From Dehalococcoidia bacterium (GTDB lineage: Bacteria > Chloroflexota > Dehalococcoidia > UBA6926), in contig CAXXET010000001.1 in the NCBI GenBank assembly GCA_963666115.2, positions 32,001-96,000 on the forward strand: a stretch of 64,000 bases of DNA, given 5' to 3'. Position 1 is the stretch's first letter; every line of letters starts with the position of its first letter. Of the stretch, positions 60,428 through 64,000 are shown piece after piece. A program made the position numbers and the translations under genes. The notes under the pieces are model-generated. The model ran no database searches, was not told where the DNA came from, and saw only the letters and a list, made by a program, of their open reading frames with translations.

Positions 60428-61429
60428 CTAGATGAGCCAGTTGGCCGTGTATCCTGCCAGGCACGCGCCCAGTACCGCCAGCACGATGTAGAGGATGAAT
60501 ACGCGGACGCGCACAAGCGCGGCTACCGCCACCGCGGAATACAGGCTGACCGCCGCGCCGGAGATCATCAGCGCAAGGGCGGCCCCAAAGCTCATTCCTT
60601 TGTCCATCAGCCCGCTGACGAGGGGCAGCGCCGCATAGCCGTCCAGGTACATGGGAGCGCCCGCGATGGCGGCCAGGGGGACTGACAACAAGCCCGCGTC
60701 CACGCCGAACAGGGATGTCACCCACGCATCGGGAACCAGCCGCTGCAAGAACACCTCCAGGACCAGGGCGAGCGCAAGCCACCGCAGCATTGGCCGCGTG
60801 CTGTCCCAGACAGCCGGCCAGAAACGCGGCTGCTCGTCCTCGCAGTCGTATTGCTCCAACACCTCAGGGCGCATCAGTTCCGGCCCGGCGTTTCGATAGC
60901 CCGGCAGGAGCCAGGTCACGCCGCCCGCCAACAGCCCAATGCCGAATGCCGACACTGTCTTGGCAATCGCGAAGGGGACGCCAATTATGCCGACGGTTAT
61001 CAGGAACATGCTGGGATCGGTAACCGGCGAGGCGATCCAGAACGCCATGATCGGGGCGAGAGGAAGCCCCTTGCGCAGAAGCGTCGCGATCAGCGGCAGC
61101 ATGCCAAGGCCGCACACCGGCGTGACCGCGCCCACTAGGCTGGCGATGACAACGGCGCGCGCCGGGCGTCCGTTCAGCCAGGCAAGCGCCCGATCAGACC
61201 AGCGTCCCGCCGTCAACGCGCCCGCAATGAGCGCGGCTATGACGACGACAGGCAGCAATGCGAGGAGACTCCGGCCCACCCCGCTCAGCATATCGGCGTT
61301 CGTCTCGGGAAACAGTGAGCCGACCGTCAGCAGTCCCGCGGTGAGCATCCACGTCAACGCCTCCGTGCTGGGACGACGTCGCAGATTCCAGCGGGCGGGG
61401 GAGAGCAGTGAAGAACTTGAAAGCACCAT
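60428..61429 (-). CDS. DUF318 (ArsP/YraQ-like) permease
   Basis: Two homologous halves: TPVC..G..P / MAFWIASP and PMY.....ALP / ALMISGA. Confidence 0.8.
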   Translation of the reverse strand: MVLSSSSLLSPARWNLRRRPSTEALTWMLTAGLLTVGSLFPETNADMLSGVGRSLLALLPVVVIAALIAGALTAGRWSDRALAWLNGRPARAVVIASLVGAVTPVCGLGMLPLIATLLRKGLPLAPIMAFWIASPVTDPSMFLITVGIIGVPFAIAKTVSAFGIGLLAGGVTWLLPGYRNAGPELMRPEVLEQYDCEDEQPRFWPAVWDSTRPMLRWLALALVLEVFLQRLVPDAWVTSLFGVDAGLLSVPLAAIAGAPMYLDGYAALPLVSGLMDKGMSFGAALALMISGAAVSLYSAVAVAALVRVRVFILYIVLAVLGACLAGYTANWLI

Positions 61430-61491
61430 AGCGAACAGAGTAGCCGTGACAGGTTCTTTTGAGAATCCCCCGCCGGAACGCGGCGAGGCAG

Positions 61492-61568
61492 TGGTGGGCG
61501 GCGAGGGTCTCGAACCCCCGGCCTTCTGCGTGTAAAGCAGACGCTCTAACCAACTGAGCTAGCCGCCC
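61492..61568 (-). tRNA. tRNA-Val(TAC)
   Basis: GGGCGGC acceptor stem, TCTGC-TTTACAC-GCAGA anticodon arm, GTTCGA T loop and encoded CCA. Confidence 0.95.
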
Positions 61569-61579
61569 ACGGGGGCGAA

Positions 61580-61657
61580 TGGCGCGCTTGGCGGGACTCG
61601 AACCCACGGCCTCAGCCTCCGCAGGGCTGCGCTCTATCCAGACTGAGCTACAAGCGC
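61580..61657 (-). tRNA. tRNA-Arg(GCG)
   Basis: GCGCTTG/CAAGCGC acceptor stem, CAGCC-CTGCGGA-GGCTG anticodon arm and encoded CCA. Confidence 0.93.
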
Positions 61658-61706
61658 GTGTCACAACAACGCGGCGTCTTTGACCGCCGTTCGTCCGGCC
61701 TGTCGT

Positions 61707-61793
61707 TGGTGCCGAGGGAGAGATTTGAACTCTCACGCCCGCTAGGGGCACTGCGCCCTGAACGCAGCGCGTCTGCCGTTCCGCCACCTCGGC
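61707..61793 (-). tRNA. tRNA-Leu(CAG)
   Basis: GCCGAGG acceptor stem, CTGCG-TTCAGGG-CGCAG anticodon arm, long variable arm and encoded CCA. Confidence 0.95.
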
Positions 61794-61865
61794 CCGAACA
61801 CGAACAACCAAACCGTCCGTTGTGCGCTATCCATTATGGCACGGTCTGGGCTAGGGTGGGGCGCT

Positions 61866-61955
61866 CATGTCATTTTGAACGGAGGGCAACGTCTACGGTT
61901 ATGTTTGGTTGCACAGTTGAGGCTTTGGATTCTTCGCTGCGCTCAGAATGACATG
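61866..61955. repeat. Composite inverted-repeat element (CATGTCATT...AATGACATG)
   Basis: 9-bp terminal inverted repeat; the right arm is identical to 9275..9302. Confidence 0.75.
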
Positions 61956-61962
61956 TGGGCGC

Positions 61963-63585
61963 TCAGAATGATGTGAAGAGGGTGGTTAGTTTTTCCAGGC
62001 CGGAGTGGGTGTCTGTGCCGAGGTTGACTCGGAGGAGGCGGCGGCCGCGTTGGATTAGGGCAGCTGCATCGCCTGCGGATTGGGCGGCGATTAGCTGGCC
62101 GAAGGTGTAGTCCGTTTCGGGGACGTGGACGTCGTTTGCCGTTGCGTCGTCGATGATTTGCAGGAACAGGCCGTTGTTGGCGCCGCCCTTGTGGAGCTGC
62201 CCCGTGGAATGGAGGAAGCGGGGGCCGTAGCCTGCCGTCGTGGCGACTCTTGCGCCTCTGCCGATGGTCGCGCGGAGGCGACTGACGGCGTCGTCTACGC
62301 TGTCGCCGGGTGCAAGGTAGACGTGGATGCCGGCGTAATCGCCCGCCGATGCCGACCCAAGCCACTCGGACGCCGCAGACTCCAGACCGGCGTCGTCAAT
62401 CGCGATGACGCGCCCCGTATCCGCGGACGCGCCGCCGCCCGCCATGGCCTCCCGCGCCAGGTCCTTGGCAAGCTGCACGTCCGGCTGGTCGAAGGGGTTG
62501 ATGCCGAGCACAGCGCCGGCGGCGGCCGTGGCGATCTCCCACCGCATCATGAGCCTGCTGATTTCGTGCGTATCCTCGATGACCTGGGAGACGCGCGCCC
62601 ATTCCGGCACGAGACTCCGCATACGCTCGCGCTTCTCCTGCTCCGGCTCTGTCCTGAGGCCGATGTAGACCATCACGCGGTCATGGCCGTAGTCGGGGTA
62701 GTCCCAGGCAGGTTCCCCATCGATTGGCACGATGCCGACGCCGAGCTTGCCTGTGCTTTCGGCGATGAGCTGTTCGATCCACGTTGGCAGGCTGTTGAGG
62801 GCAGGGGACGTGACGAAGGTGAGCTTGTCGCGACCCGCCAGGGCGCATTCGCCGATTGTTGCGCCCAGCCTCAGCGCCTGCTCCAATTCCTCGTCGGATG
62901 AATCACTTGCTGAATGGACAGTTGCGAGCAACTCGCCGACGTCAACGCCGATGAGGGCAGCCGGAACGAGGCCGAATTCGCAGAGGGCGGAGTAGCGTCC
63001 GCCCACGTCCGGGGGCGAGGAGAACACCCGTCGGAACCCGCGCTCCTCCGCCAACCGCTCCAACGGCGTGCCGGGATCGGTGACGGCGACAAAGCGTGGG
63101 CCGGGGTCGATTCCCGCTTCGGTTAGCCTCGCCCAGAAGTAGTAAAAGAAGGAGAGCATCTCTGTCGTCGTGCCCGACTTGCTGGACACGACGAACAACG
63201 TTCGCGGCAGGTCCAGCCCATCCGCGAGCGCAGTCACAGCGGCAGGATGAGTACTATCCAGAACGGTCAGGCGGGGGTAGCCGTCAGCATTCCCGAACGT
63301 GGATTGGAAGACCTCCGGCGCGAGACTGGAGCCACCCATTCCAAGCACAACGACGTCGGTGAAACCATCGGTCGCGATATTGCGACTGAATTGGGTCAAA
63401 TCCCCGATCTTGGGCGCCATGCTTGCGGGGAGGTCGAGCCAGCCGAGGCGGTTCTCGATCTCAAGCGTGCCTCGCGGCACCCAGAGCGTGGGATCACGTT
63501 CCAGCAGGCGCTCGGTGAACTCGTTTGAGTTCCATTGCTGGAGGCGTGCTTCTATGCGCTCAGGAACCGAGTCCGCTTGTGCCAT
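61963..63585 (-). CDS. pgi: Glucose-6-phosphate isomerase (type related to the Pgi part of Tal-Pgi fusions)
   Basis: GMGGSSL, SSKSGTTTE, VGGRYSAL, QLIAESTGK, NPFDQPDV and HSTGQLHKGG. Confidence 0.9.
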   Translation of the reverse strand: MAQADSVPERIEARLQQWNSNEFTERLLERDPTLWVPRGTLEIENRLGWLDLPASMAPKIGDLTQFSRNIATDGFTDVVVLGMGGSSLAPEVFQSTFGNADGYPRLTVLDSTHPAAVTALADGLDLPRTLFVVSSKSGTTTEMLSFFYYFWARLTEAGIDPGPRFVAVTDPGTPLERLAEERGFRRVFSSPPDVGGRYSALCEFGLVPAALIGVDVGELLATVHSASDSSDEELEQALRLGATIGECALAGRDKLTFVTSPALNSLPTWIEQLIAESTGKLGVGIVPIDGEPAWDYPDYGHDRVMVYIGLRTEPEQEKRERMRSLVPEWARVSQVIEDTHEISRLMMRWEIATAAAGAVLGINPFDQPDVQLAKDLAREAMAGGGASADTGRVIAIDDAGLESAASEWLGSASAGDYAGIHVYLAPGDSVDDAVSRLRATIGRGARVATTAGYGPRFLHSTGQLHKGGANNGLFLQIIDDATANDVHVPETDYTFGQLIAAQSAGDAAALIQRGRRLLRVNLGTDTHSGLEKLTTLFTSF

Positions 63586-63595
63586 TACCGCCCTC

Positions 63596-63694
63596 CTGTC
63601 ATTCCGAGCGCAGCCGAGGAATCCGCAACTCCGATTGTGCGGTCAAACGCGTTCTTGGATTCTTCACTCCGCTACGCTCCGTTCAGAATGACAG
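63596..63694. repeat. Composite inverted-repeat element (CTGTCATTC...GAATGACAG)
   Basis: Two head-to-head hairpin arms, each related to GATTCTTCGCTGCGCTCAGAATGACA. Confidence 0.8.
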
Positions 63695-63707
63695 ATGAGG
63701 AATCCTC

Positions 63708-64000
63708 CTAATGGGTGTCAAATATCCTTTGGTAGCGGGTTATTTCCGTTGATAGTTGCTTCTGTTCCTGCGGTGTTGGGTTGTCTGGGTTTTTGAAGGG
63801 TGTTAGGGGGCCGAGCGTGCGGATTGCCAACGTCAGCAGCAGGCGCGCTTTGACTGCGGAGAGGTTGTCCGCTGTGATGAATGTGTCTTGGGTCGGTTCC
63901 CTGGGGATTCGCCCGCGCAGCCCGCGGCTGGTTAGAACGACGGGCATCCTGTGACGCCGCACGGCCAACTCCAGCGCGGGCCGCTGGAACCGGTGGGGCG
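63708..64000 (-). CDS. C-terminal part of an asparaginase-domain protein (partial)
   Basis: PVV..SR...G, ADNLSAVKARLLL.LA and Q.IF..H match asparaginase C-terminal patterns. Confidence 0.6.
   Translation of the reverse strand, partial: PHRFQRPALELAVRRHRMPVVLTSRGLRGRIPREPTQDTFITADNLSAVKARLLLTLAIRTLGPLTPFKNPDNPTPQEQKQLSTEITRYQRIFDTH

Noticed and set aside
47990-61568. Integrative element inserted at tRNA-Val
   Set aside because: No integrase seen and no duplicated tRNA 3' end found by eye; composition resembles the core genes.
61194-61811. 205-aa minus-strand ORF across the tRNA cluster
   Set aside because: Overlaps three clear tRNA genes; spurious.

Overview
GC-rich bacterial chromosomal window. 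Gene content (FBP aldolase/phosphatase, ThyX, an EF-G paralogue, ETF plus a membrane Fe-S oxidoreductase, DinB, enoyl-CoA hydratase, giant fibronectin-III proteins) suggests Chloroflexota (Dehalococcoidia/SAR202-like), possibly a marine host-associated symbiont; this is inference. Left to right: a partial NYN-RNase gene behind a promoter, structured RNA and terminator; a carboxyltransferase-icd-mdh operon; an AbiE/MenAT-like toxin-antitoxin pair between identical 28-bp repeats; folP carrying palindromic repeats in its coding region, then a FolK-endonuclease III fusion; about 13.4 kb encoding three paralogous secreted Fn3/Cys-pair repeat proteins; hflKC, Fe-S oxidoreductase and etfBA; a housekeeping block; then an accessory-looking 48-61.4 kb block (MpaB/Lcp-like oxygenase, hpnCDE, ERG4/ERG24-like reductase, atypical PfkB, methyltransferase, A-T-R reductase resembling fungal glycine-betaine reductase, DUF318 permease) that ends at tRNA-Val, tRNA-Arg(GCG) and tRNA-Leu, followed by pgi. 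Many single-base frameshifts in the first 26 kb look like long-read errors. All product calls come from reading motifs by eye; no searches were run.
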